The notes beneath the pieces were generated by a model. The model was not told where the DNA came from and did no database searches. It saw only the letters and a list, made by a program, of their open reading frames with translations. Below, one piece after another: positions 13,130 through 25,755 of a DNA stretch of 64,000 bases. Made by a program: the position numbers and the translations under genes. Each line of letters starts with the position of its first letter. The stretch's first letter is position 1. Source of the DNA: Camelus ferus (Eukaryota); assembly GCF_009834535.1 (NCBI RefSeq), contig NC_045696.1:86926001-86990000 (forward strand), read 5' to 3'.

Positions 13130-13430
13130 ACAAAATTAAGAAAGACCTTGAATGTAAATATAAAATTTCATGCTTTATGCCATCATCCTAAGTAAATGAA
13201 TGTTTTAGACCTGAGGAATTCTAGCTGGCAGTGGAAAGCAGAATGGATGAGGGTAGAAATATGGAGACAATCTTAGAGCAGGTATGGAAAATTAAGTGTG
13301 AACTGGCAGGACTCTGGACCTGGGTCCACGAAGCACAAATGGAAAAGGAAAGTTAATATAAGTCATGTTGGAATACAGAAAAATATAATTTGATGGCATA
13401 TTTTCAAAGATTAAATATAAGGAATGGAAA
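13130..13430 (-). mobile_element. L2 LINE remnant, antisense
   Basis: aaagaccttgaatg...ctagctggcagtggaaagcagaatggatgaggg...atggagac is similar to antisense L2. Confidence 0.5.
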
Positions 13431-13712
13431 CAATGTAATACAGTGAAAAGAAATGGTTCATGTTTCAGCTCTGGCTTTTATCTGTTGTGTGCCTTGATAG
13501 GGCAAGATAAATAACCAAAGTGCAGTTTCCTTTTCTATAAAATGTGGATGACAGACTATGGGCAAAATAATACCTATAGAAATAATAGTTACTAAATTTT
13601 TTTTAGATTTTTTTTTTTTAGTTTTTTTTGTCTTTGATTGCCAATACAAGGATAGTGTGTGTAGTAATAACACAGAATCTGGATAACATATAGATTAAAT
13701 AAATGGTATTAG

Positions 13713-14218
13713 TGTTAGGTAGTTAGATAAGTGGGAGCACAGAGCAGATAGGTGAAGGAGAGGGAAGATGCTCCTGAAAATGGTATTATGCCTGCCTCCA
13801 GCATAAAGGGACTTATTTCATCTAAATGAGTGCCAGCAAGAAACTGGTTAGAACCCAACAGCCTCAACTGCTCAGTAGCAGGAAGGACTTAACTGGGCGT
13901 GACCAAATGCTCATTGTAATATAATTAGCACCGCAGTTTAGGCCCCTCCATGGGTTTTTCTGTGTACACCATGGGTAAGGACATGCACAAAGGGGAAAAA
14001 CATGACTAAGCATTACAGTGTCAAGAGCCATCCATCACTCAGAAGACCATCTCTAAGCAAGGGTATAAGAAAAGGGGCACACAAAGACTGTGGCTTTTCC
14101 TTTCCTAAGTAAATCCTTTAAAATCTTTTGCTGCACAACATACCGTCTCCCATCTATATTCTTACCTTTTGGGTAAGACAAGAACTGGGATATTCTCCCT
14201 TTCCCTTTAGGGGTAATA
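13713..14218 (+). mobile_element. Solo LTR (ERV1/ERVL-type)
   Basis: Begins tgttaggtagttagata, has TATA-like gtataag near 14063, and ends ggggtaata. Flanks TTAG/TCAG form an imperfect TSD. Confidence 0.75.
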
Positions 14219-15764
14219 TCAGCATTATGAACATTAAGAGAAAAACATAATGAAATATGATTTTAAACATCATTGCTGCATGAATTGGAAGACTGTACTA
14301 TAATTCATAAGAACAAGAATATAGAGGACATCCACTTTGTGGCTAGGGTAGGTAGAGGGGAATTTTAGGACAACACAGTATGTACCTGCTTTAAAAGGCA
14401 TGTTCTCCATTGAGTAGAATTAGAGTAAAACTGTTAGGAGCACACAATCCTTACCAAAGAAATAGCTCTCTTTTCCTTTCAGTTATTAAAATTCAAATGC
14501 TATTGTTCTATTTTGTCTCACCTAGTTTTATTTTTTCCCAGTGGTAATAATAGTCTAATACAGCAAAACCAATTTAAATCCAAGCCAACTGATAAAACAG
14601 ATCATATTATACCACAAGGGATTCTGACCAAACTCTCCACTTGCCTACAGAGATTATATTCATGAACATTTCTTCAGCGATTATCCAAATTACAAATCAG
14701 AAGTAAACTTTTATATAAACATAGTTTGAAAGCAGGTGGTGTTTTGATTATTTGCATCTGAACATTCTAATGAAGCCATGAGATATGAATAGATGGTAAT
14801 TTATTGAAAGAAATGAAAAAGGGAGTTTTTAGCTGAAACCTCAAGGTGAGAAGAATGCTTCATGAAATCACCAAGTATGAAATTTAAATTCTCCTGCTGA
14901 GTTAAATATGCCTTGACGATGTCAATGAACTTGGAGAAAAATGACAAATTGCTATTATATGCTCAAGTTTCCAAAAGTCATGCTGTTAGCTATTGTAAAT
15001 ATTGCAGTATACTACTGAAAGGAATGCTTTATATTTATACTCATTTTTTGTACAAAAATCTTGTCTTTTACAGATTTTTTTTTACAGAACTACAGCTGAG
15101 TTCAGAAAATATGTAATAAAGATTTATGAAACTTTTTCCTCTCTTAAAAAATGACCGTACATAGTTGAATTCTGATTTTAAATTTTATTACATATTTTTT
15201 AATCTTAGTTATTATCTACAAAACCATAAACTCCCTTACCCTTTATCTGCCTACAACTGTGTATACTAACTTTTTGATAATATTTTCACTCTCACTGCTG
15301 AACGTAAAGTTACAGAGTCCAGTAAAAGCAGAAATGGTCCAATTACATCAGAAAGCTTTTTATTTTCAATAGAAAATAAAACTACCAAAGGCCCGGGAGA
15401 AAAATAATAGACAAGTAAAATGTAAAATAAAATAACAAAATTTAAAATATTATTTTTTCTAATTATCACACTGAACAGAATGGTTTTGGTTGAAATTCTG
15501 AGAACTATGGAAATCATTTTTATGTTTAAACATGATATTTTAATCATGATATTTTGATGAGAATGATGTTAAAGAAAGATTTTTAATATGTGAATTGATA
15601 ATTATTAACTTTAATGACATAGAGATAGAATCATTACCTACAAATAGTAATTAAAATAGCTATATTTTAATAAGAATAACATTTTTGACAAGATAATTTT
15701 AGTGCTGTCATCATTTAATCCTGTATCCTTACATAGAAAATTTGGCATCATAATTTATTACTCT

Positions 15765-16680
15765 CTCTTTCTGACTCATACCAAATCAGTCATCAATTAC
15801 TATTAATAAAACCTAGTAATATCTGTTAAAATTGGCTACTCTTCATTCCTCACACTTCTGCCTTAATGTAGACCATTATTTTTCTCATTTGAACTATTTT
15901 AAGTGTCTTCTATCTTATTTCATTTTTACTAGACTTTCTACCTTAATGCATCCTTAATATAAATTTCAGAACTATTTTTATAAAATTAAGCAATAATTTT
16001 ACTCCACTATCTGTAAACCTCTTTTGTTAATGCAAACTATAAGGTATAAACCCCACTTATTAATTTGGCCCTTACAATTTGGGCCAATCTATTCTCCCAA
16101 CATCCTTCTAGCTCGTTGGTTCCCACAGACACATCTATGTTCATTCCACACGGAATATGACCCTGTTCCAGACTTTTTCATGAGTCATTTTCTTTATATA
16201 TTATATTACTCCACCTACCATAAATGACAAAAGTAATTAACAATTAATAATTTGATCAGCAAAGTACTATACTTCCTCTCAGACTCAGTTCAATTGTTAC
16301 CACCACAATGAATCTTCCCTAATACCCCTAGAAAGATTTGGTTTCCCAGTCTTTGATGTGTTCCTAACACTTCATTCTCTACTCTATAATAAAACTCACC
16401 ACATTTACACTCATTAATTTGTTTAGACCTTTGTGCTATCAAATGTATTATAAGGGCCAAGACTCTGACACAACAAAGAGAGGTTGGTGAAACAACATGG
16501 GACCTTATATCTAATACAGAATCTCCTGCTATACTATGGAAATCCTGAATCAAACTGTGCATTTTTAAAGGGATCTTCATGTGATTAGTTTAAAAATCCT
16601 GCTGAAAAATATACATATTCTTCTATTCTTTGGGCCAAGTACAGAGCTCAGTTCTCAATTAAAATTTACTGAATGAAGAA
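15765..16680 (+). mobile_element. L2 3' remnant interrupted by a MER5-like fragment
   Basis: ccaaatcagtcatcaa...accattatttttctcatttgaactatttt, ending with the L2 tail ctcaattaaaatttactgaatgaa. Confidence 0.6.
16470..16600. mobile_element. MER5-like hAT-Charlie fragment
   Basis: cagaatctcc...ctgtgcatttttaaagggatcttcatgtgatt. Confidence 0.4.
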
Positions 16681-19600
16681 CATTTTAAGTTGGAACCTAG
16701 TACTATGAATTTTACTGATGAAGTATATTATTTAAACTCTTGAGATTTTATTATAATTTGACAATAGTAAGTCATATGAAACACAATCCTTTTTTCTCTA
16801 CTTTAAATTTTTATGTTGGTGATAACAAGAGGAATAGTAAATCATTAGCATTCCATTTCAAACATTAAAATCAGGAATTAGTTTGTCAACTGGTTCTCTT
16901 CCTTATACAGTCATTAATGGTAAATTTAGGACTCTTGCTAAATCAACTCTAAAATGCATATGGATTATATACATATTATTCTACCTAATTCACATGCTAT
17001 GATATAATACCCTTGAGAAAATTCACATTTGCGCAATTAAAGCATCTGCCTTTTTTTTGACTTGCACTGAATTTCCTGTTAGCTGATAACTTACTTATTC
17101 AGAACCCATACAAAAATAAGGCTTAGATCTAATATGAATTCCTGCTGCTCAAGGGACAAATCAGTCTCTGAAAATTCATCCAGGGCTGACTGAAGGTCAT
17201 CAGTGCAGGACTGTGTTTCTTTAAACTGAGTTGCTAGATATGGACAGACCACTGAATTCTAGATTGTAAGCCTCTCTCTCCTTTGCCTAAACATACTGAA
17301 GAGAAATTCAGAAAAATTTAAGCAGCTCTCCTATCTTCCTCTGATAATGCAATAGTGGGTCTATTGCAGGAGGATACACAGAGTACAGATTCACAGTACC
17401 AATCAACGAGGTTGCATTTTATTTAAGAGAATAATATTCCTCAATAGCTAATCATAATAGAAATTTATTTTACATCACTGTCTTGTAAGACTGAAGAAAC
17501 ATGTCCATGTGGGTGCAGGCTAAAAATGAAAATATAATTAAGAAAATCACTCTGAATATCCTCTGAAAAATAACATAATGATTAAATACACATATTTCCA
17601 TGGGGAAAATTCTATTTTAATCCCCAAACTACATTTTTTTGGAGCTAGATCCACACAAAAAAGTTATATCCTATGAGGTCCTGAGTATATAAAATAATTT
17701 CTACTGGTTTTGTGTTTACTGAAACCAGAGGGAAAAAACACTATTAGCTAAAAAAATCCAGTTGAAAAGTATCCAGAATAAATCTATATTATGTTAATTA
17801 TTTATTTGTTTAATTGTAGGTGTCAATGCTAAATGCTATCCTCTCCATTGATTAGCCTGCTTTAAAAGCTGGATCCCTAGCACTGTATACTATTAATTAT
17901 TATTAAAAAAAGATCAAAAGGCTCAATATATTAGTTTCTAAGTGGGAGTTTGAATAAAAAGTTTCTGAGTTGAAACTTTTCCACTCTTAGAACATGGATA
18001 TATTACTGAGAAAAAAAGTGTTTTCTTTGGTTTTGGCTTTTTATTTATATGATTTTTAGATATAAAAATACAAAGTTGAAATCATGTCCTTTAATGCTAA
18101 ACCAATTTACATCTCTATCATTTCTATCTTCTAAGATAATGAAAATATTGCAACAATTAAAAGCTCTTGAATCGGTCCCATTGTGAATTGGCCAAGAGGC
18201 AGTGAATCTGCCAAAAAGAAGTAGAACAGCTGTGAAGATGCCAACACAATTGAGTACTCCATATTTACATATTTCTAAATATGGAAATTTATTGAACACT
18301 TATGGGCATGGAATGACAATGGGGTCAATTCAACCATAAGGCAATGCTGAGACACCTTCATTTTGACCTCTTCCCTTGGCATAAGTTATGTCTTAATGAA
18401 TGCATGTCTAGCCACAGACTGTATACGCAGACGGGGAAAAAACGAAAGCATAAAACATGATGACCACCTATTAAATAATAGTTTTAAAATATTATTTAAT
18501 TAACTAACTAAAAATAGATAAGCAATGTTTTATTTTATTTGGGAAACAGTATACTGGATTTCTTTTATGCGAAAATAATCATATAAAAATATGAATATTT
18601 CAAATTAAAAATTCAAAAAAATGTAGATTTAATTTTTCCTCAAATTTTCTTTATCAGTGTAGAATCCTACTCCATTTGCCAAAATCAGGCAAATTCAAGG
18701 TATCACAATTCACCTGTCTTCAATCACAATGATCATGTGGCAAAAAGAAATCCATAATGCTATATAGAGAACTTCTTGGTATCTAATTTCCACCATTCCT
18801 TCAAAGAAAAAATGTTAATATAGTCTTTTCCATAAAACTTTTCTGACATCTCTTTTAAATTGTTAGGGCTGTTCAAACAAATATTCCATATTCCAAATTG
18901 AATTTCATAACAGGGTGGGACAATTCTTGGGTTGTGGTACAAAAAGTCATTTTAAGTCAGAAACAACAGTGTATACTCACTCACTGATTATTCACTGCTA
19001 CAAATTGAGTACTACATACTAAGCATTATGCCAGGATCTGAACGTTTCCTTTCCTTATAAATCAAAACCTGTATTATGTATGTTTATGAAAGTTTCAACA
19101 CCAGCAGAGAAAAGGCTATTCTTCTATAATAAAGTTGTACTATTATTTCACAGAGGGTTTCTAGTTGTAGTTCAAAAACTGTTCTTTTTATGGAATGGCT
19201 AAGTATGTGATTAAAAGAGGTAAAATAAAGGATATTGTTTCCCATGAGAGTTTGACATTGCTAAATCACAGCACCATTTAACATATTAAGGAAGATTACC
19301 ATGTAAGGAGAGAAAATAAACACTCCTTATGTAAAAAAGGATTATTTTAGAGTCTATAAATATTTCAAAAACTAGACAACTGTATGATGCATTAATAGAT
19401 AAGTTGGAGTATTATATAACATCATAGAGAACTTGAAGTTACAAGTGTAATGAGAAATAAGGAAAACTGCAGCTTTCACTAATATATATTTTATAATTTA
19501 ATTTTGTTGTATTGATCACAATTCTAAAATAAAAATAAACACAATTAACATTTACTAGGTAGATGTCATACACTAGTATATTTAAATATACTAGGCCACC

Positions 19601-19955
19601 TACCCATAACCCTGAGAAGTACCCTGAACATTTTCTAAAATGAAGTATTGTATTTTCTCTTCATTTTTGTACTAGACTCTACTGACCTACTTCTACCATT
19701 TAAATTCAAAAGAAACATTTCCTTTGTTAATTTTGAGTGCTTGAAATAATTTAAGAACAAAGCAAAATCCTTAATCTTAGACAAAGATAAGTATGGAAAT
19801 CTTAGTATTTTCAAAGCCTCAATTTGTTGGACTTTAATTTCTAAACTTATTGACATGTTAGTGCTCATAAAACAAGGAAGGAACTTAAATCTGTTACTGT
19901 TTTTAAACTCAATTCTATACTTAAAAGCATTTCTGTAAGTAAAATGAAGAAAAAT

Positions 19956-20060
19956 AGAGAAAAGAAAGAAAAAGAAAGAAAGAAAGAAGAAAGCAAGTGG
20001 GAGGGAGGGAGGAAGGAAGTAAGGGAGTGAGAGAGGGAAGGAGGGAAGGAAGGAGGGAAA
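19956..20060. repeat. Polypurine (GAAA)n/(GGAA)n/(GGGA)n tract
   Basis: Directly visible. Confidence 0.9.
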
Positions 20061-21221
20061 GTAATGTACTTCATGATTTGCAGATAAATCTGAGGAAGAA
20101 ATATAACATTCATTCACTAAACAGAACGCTTCTTACTATAAATAATTTCAAACTTTAAATCTAGGTATAATTTACTATCCAGTCAGGTATTTTAATATAA
20201 TGTAGACACAAGGTAGAATTATTAGCTTTTACAAAATATGTAAAATAAGTTTTATCAATATGTCAAGGTAACTAGGTAAGGACTCTAGCCATATTGCAAT
20301 AATATAAAATCATTGAAATTGATTAAAAAACAGAGTGATGAAAGATACATTTTAATTTTCCAAATTCTGCTTCAGCAATTTACTTAAATAGTTTTTAAAA
20401 AATAAATAAAAAAGTTATATCTAATTTCTGGCACTGACTTCAGAAGCATACCATAAAGTACATATGTCTAAATCATTATGCAATTCAAAACTGTAATACT
20501 TCTTCCATTATGCAAATAAGCAAATGACATTAGAATATAATCAAATTTCTCCAAGGTTAAATGATCTATAGTTTGGCATTTCTACTGCATAATTGCCTTA
20601 AAGTTATATTCCCACAGTTCCTCAACTAAGCTTAAGTGTTTTGAAGTGCAAATTTATTATATCAGGCAAATCAAAATTAGATGGTAAGACCATCCTTGGC
20701 AACCCTGATAAAATCCTCCACCAAATAGCTAAAAAAAAAAAAAAATTTGCAGTTTATTTTAACTCTCACCTATAGTCTGTGTGTTCAGAGGACATTGAAA
20801 GGGCTCAAAGGAAACATGAAGCCTGGTCTATTTAAAATATTTTGCTTTTAATTACACTGAGAAAAGAGGGAAACTATAATGCAAAATATATATCATTTTT
20901 GATCAGAAGACGAGTAAGAGCAAATTTTAATGAAGATTTAGCAACATATTCAATTAATGTTCATTTGACACAGAATAATAGGAAAAAAAAACAATTATCA
21001 CAATAAAAGTATTCTAGTATTTTCCTACTGTCAACACAGTTAGTTATATTAATCATTGTACCTTAGCAATATTGATGAGGAAAGTATTTGCCCATTGATC
21101 ATTTTCTTAATACAAAGCAGAGAAGACAAAATTTAAAGTCTTCTTAAATTAAATATCACATTCTTTCCACATTTCAATGTGATTCACAAATCATGTAAAA
21201 GAGAGAAAACTCTCACCTCCA

Positions 21222-21252
21222 ACACACACACACACACTCATACACACACACA
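21222..21252. repeat. Imperfect (CA)n microsatellite
   Basis: Directly visible. Confidence 0.85.
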
Positions 21253-23682
21253 GAGAATGTATGGGTGGAGTTGCATTTCTTTCCTCTCTTAGCTACAAAC
21301 GTTTCAGGCCTAGGGATAATAACAAAGATATTACTAAAAAGTGATGCTGAACTGTGAGTTCTAGAGTGACAGTGGGGTGTTCCCAAGTTTTTGTGTCAGG
21401 GACTACTATTTATTTCAGAAACCCACCTAGAATTAAACAGGGACCTCAGCGGGAATTGGAGTGCTGCCTACCAAAGGCTTGCTGTAGCCCATACCCTAAG
21501 AGATGATACCCTCAGTGCAGCAGAATATTAATTAATGAAAATTACACAACTTCCTGAAGCTTCCTTTATGTATACAATTGGGAACATGAGCGTGGAAGTC
21601 ATATAAATGGTGAGAAATTACATCATTCAAGGAGCTCAAGGATGTGATTAGAAAATGAAAAACAAAGACAAAAACAAAAACCAAAAATACCCAAAAACCC
21701 ATTTCAGAGATTACTCAGAGTTGAAAGAAAAGCCATAATCTGTTCCACATAAACTGATCACTAACTCCTACCCTCATTGTCAAAAATGAAAACAAACAAG
21801 AAACCCTAAATAAATAATAAATAAGTTAATATAGGAAAACAGCCAATAATTCTGTTTTATATAGATTATGCTTCACATATATGTTTATCTGTGAACTTGG
21901 TATTTATGAAATTGAGCCAAAAAAGAAGAGCTGAATGGTATAAGAGTTTTTAACCAGAAGCTCTATAACTGAGACCAAATAAATTTAAGATTTTAGAAAA
22001 TAATAACAAAAATAGCAGTAAAGAGAATGATGCAACTGAAGCAAGAGCAAATAAACCTAATCCGGCTTTGAAACTGATATTCCTATAGTCCTGAAAGATA
22101 TTCAAGGTAATGGAATAACAATTTCTATTTTAATCTCTGCATAGTTCATATTAGTTTATGATTATTAAACCAAACACATACACACACACACACAGACCGA
22201 AACTATACTAGCCAGCCAGAATTTATCATTCAATTTGAAAAGAGAGAAAAAACATTAAAGTTGTAACCAAAAATGCATGAACAAATCCAGTCCTCTAGTT
22301 TAATTACCAGAGAATTTCAAATACAGCAATTGGCCAAGTCATGGTGAGAGTTACAAAACAGATGGGTCTTTGATTTGAAATCTCTTAAGCTCTTACAAGA
22401 GATGAAGCAAACTCAGAAAAGAGAAAGGGTAAAAGATTATGCAAAGTAGAAATGCTTTCTTTTTTACCTCATTTCCTAGCCTGACCACAAATAAATTCAT
22501 AAATCTCTCCACTTGAGTTTCCAGATCTAAATAGAAAGTGAACTACAAATGTTTAAATAGCTTATCAGCCTTATTTGGTATGGATTAGTGTAACTCTTGT
22601 CCAGCTCTACAGATTAGCTCAGTAATCAAGTGTGTTTTCATTTCATTTAGTATCCTAATTAAATGACTCTGGAATCCTTGTCCATAAATTACAGAAAGCT
22701 TGTATTTTATCTCCTGCAACACCTGCCTGCTCAGCTCACCACACCTCGAAAAACCCTCATACTCCAAGGTACAACACAGATCAGTCTGATCAGGTAGTGC
22801 CTTGTTTCACTAGGCAAAAACTAGAAAGGCTGAATCTGGAGCTAAGTTCCCTAGTTTATGGTTATTACTTGCTTTATAGAGTTCAGTTGATTATGTAAGT
22901 AACCTGAAAGTTCCTGTTCCCCATTTCATTAAATGCTTCCACCACTCAGTGATGTTGCCACCAGAATTAAGATATTCAACTGGCTAAGGGCAAAGACTTT
23001 CCCTTGTACCAAGTGTTGTGACAGCTGATGCCTGCAGTCTGGCCATATGTGCCCTGGTCTCTGCACAGTACTGTAGCCAACCAGGCCTGCCATTCTCCAT
23101 CACTAGAAGCCCTCAACAGGCCATAACAACTGTAAGAGATAATGTGTAAACTAATGATTGTCATCACACCTTCAGATTTATCAGTAATTTCTTATGATAT
23201 TTGTGTGCCATAGGGAGACAAGGCAAATCAGTATTTCCCAAATATCCTCATCATTACACCCATATAAGCACTTTATCTCCCTTCCATTCCTATGTAACCT
23301 GGACCTTCATGTATCAGCAATATTTGAAGCAGGCATTAACAAAATTTTAGTTAACATTTTCCCAGAGTGGCAGGATATGGGACATTCTAGCATCAGAAAT
23401 GCAGTTAGATACAAAATCTATCCTATAACAAATACTATCCACATATCTTCAGGTTCTGCCATATCTTCTTGTCAGGTTGTGGTCAGAGCATGATGAGTTC
23501 ATCAAAGACACCCTTTGACTCTCAGAAGAATGGATTGTGGGCCTCACTTCATTTCCTCCCAGAAAACCTTATATGTCTCTTCAAATTGTTCACTTGTAAC
23601 GTTCAACTGGCCTGCAGGCATGGATACAGGAGGAAGAATACATGAGCCTACAGCCAAAGCAAGTTGCACCCTTTTGCTACAA

Positions 23683-23897
23683 TAGTGCTTTCAACCTAGG
23701 GCAATCCTCCACTTCCTCCAGGATATATCTGGTAATGTCTGAAGCCATTTTTGGTTGTCACCACTGAGGAACGCAATTGGCATCTAGTCGGTAAAGGCCA
23801 GGGATTCTGCTAAACACAAGACTATATACAAGACTATCTGCCTCAGCAGAGGTTATTCAGCCTCAAAGACCAATAGTGCTAGTGTTAAGAAATCCTG
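23683..23897 (+). mobile_element. MER20 (hAT-Charlie) DNA transposon, near full length
   Basis: Decayed terminal inverted repeats tagtgctttcaacc / gttaagaaatcctg. The interior atttttggttgtcac...tggcatctagtcggtaaaggccagggattctgctaaaca matches MER20. Confidence 0.9.
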
Positions 23898-24539
23898 CTT
23901 TCCACGTAAAGTCTATCTGTACAACTCAACTTGCTCTCTTCACTCCTAAACTCTATCCATCTTGGAGTTTGTAACGCTAAGATTTTATAGTCTTGTTAAT
24001 ATATTACCAAATGCATACATTCAGTTACATAAAACTTCTTTGAATTAGAGTTTATAATCAAGGTTCCATTATAAATAAAATAAAAAGCTACAAAGATCAT
24101 TTATTTTAAACATATAATGCTTCTTTCTTTTTAAATCAAAGTTAGGCTAAAATACGAAGTTAGAAAATCACAGATGTACTAATGAAAAACATCAAGTTGT
24201 GCCAAATTTTGGTTTAGAGCTTGGAGATGATTTAGAAATATAGTACCTGGGTGTGCATATTTGTGTTTTATTGACTGGAAGGATATTTATCAAAATGTTA
24301 TACAGTTAATACTAAGTATTAGGAGCACGAATAACTTTAAATAGCGTATGTAACAATATGACATGCTGTACATATGTGCTATATATATTATACTATATAT
24401 ATTATAAGCATATACATACACATATATATAGAACTGTAATAATCAGGAAAATGCTAAGGCAGTGTCATTCAGAACACTTTTTGAACAAAATATAGATTCA
24501 AAAACTGACACATAACATATGTAATAGAATAATTTATGA

Positions 24540-25024
24540 TGATGGGGCTTGGGAAAGGCTGACCCAAAATTAGCCAAGGTGGCATACTGATTATTTTGAA
24601 ATGAGAAACAGCCAGTATAAGAAGACTACTCTGACCCTTCTTTGTTCTCCTGAAAGCAGGAATCAAAAACTCCCATGGGAAGGTATCCTGCCTATGCCTG
24701 GAGGATGGAGGGAATTCTTATCACCATAGATAAGAGAATTCCAGGCAAGGAAAGCTATATAAATAGACTTTGTTACTTCTTCGTTAACTTGCTACCCCAA
24801 GCAAAAACCCCTTGTTTTGTCTAATCTTCATAAATAATGAATTTTTTATCTAAAAAGTTACATAAATAGACTGCTTTGGTCACTTCTTCAGTCCTGTATA
24901 CATGGGACCTCCATACATACAAGATTAAATTTGTTTATCTTCTTTTAATCTATTTCATGTCAATCTGATTATTAGACCAGCCACAAAACCTAGAAGCATA
25001 GAGAAAAATGTCTCCTCCCCTACA
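24540..25024 (+). mobile_element. MER34-like ERV1 solo LTR with exact ATGA TSD
   Basis: TG...CA termini (tgatgggg / ctcccctaca), with ATGA at 24536-24539 and 25025-25028. ggcatactgattattttgaa and cctgaaagcagga are MER34-like. Confidence 0.88.
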
Positions 25025-25622
25025 ATGACAAAGATAACTTTGCAGTTGGGTGGAAAAAGAACGGTCATTTCAAAAGCAGTGCTGCATTAATTATATTCAA
25101 ATACAAAATAATCATCTTGACCCCTATTTCACAGCATAACTAGGAGTTACTTCCAGGTAGAATAAAAATATAAATGTGAATGTATAAACAATAAAGGGTT
25201 TAGAAAAACACATAGAACATCTTTATGACCTTACTAGTAAGCAAAGATTTATTAAAATATAGGACCAAGAGAAGAGCAAATTACAAAGGAAAATTAAAAT
25301 GTATAAATTGAACAATATAAACATTAACAAATACTATTTGTAACAGGCACTACTAAGAGACTGAAAAATCAATCTACAGATTCGGTGAAAATATTTTGAG
25401 TAGATACATTCAATCTCACATCTAGAATATATAAAAAATTCTTGAAAACCAATGAAAATAGGCAAAAATAATCTTAAATGGAAAAAAAATCACAGAAGTG
25501 GATATATAAACAGACAATAAAATTTTTCAAAGGTGCTCAACTTGATTAGTCATCAGCTAAATGTATATTTAAACTGATTCAACAATACTACATATACAAT
25601 AGAATGCTAAAAATAGTAAATA

Positions 25623-25755
25623 GAGAGCAGCCAAGATGGCGGAGTAGAAGGATGCTCTTAGCTCACCCTCTTCCACAAATGCACCAAGAGTGACATCCAT
25701 GGACCCATCTATCCATTTAGAACACTTGCTGAACTTTGACAGAACATCGCTTTCT
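25623..25755 (+). mobile_element. L1 extreme 5'-UTR fragment with its own TSD
   Basis: gagagcagccAAGATGGCGgagtagaagga is an L1 start with a YY1 motif. Flanked by TAAAAA[T/C]AGTAAATA at 25608-25622 and 25756-25770. Confidence 0.8.

Noticed and set aside
19635..20117. Longest ORF (160 aa, minus strand) and the overlapping 82-aa ORF
   Set aside because: They stay open because they cross the stop-free polypyrimidine repeat (F/L/P/S-rich). There is no domain or splice support.
22976..23167. Minus-strand candidate coding exon after tctcttacag
   Set aside because: The single open frame gives an unrecognisable peptide, the donor is weak, and I found no partner exons.
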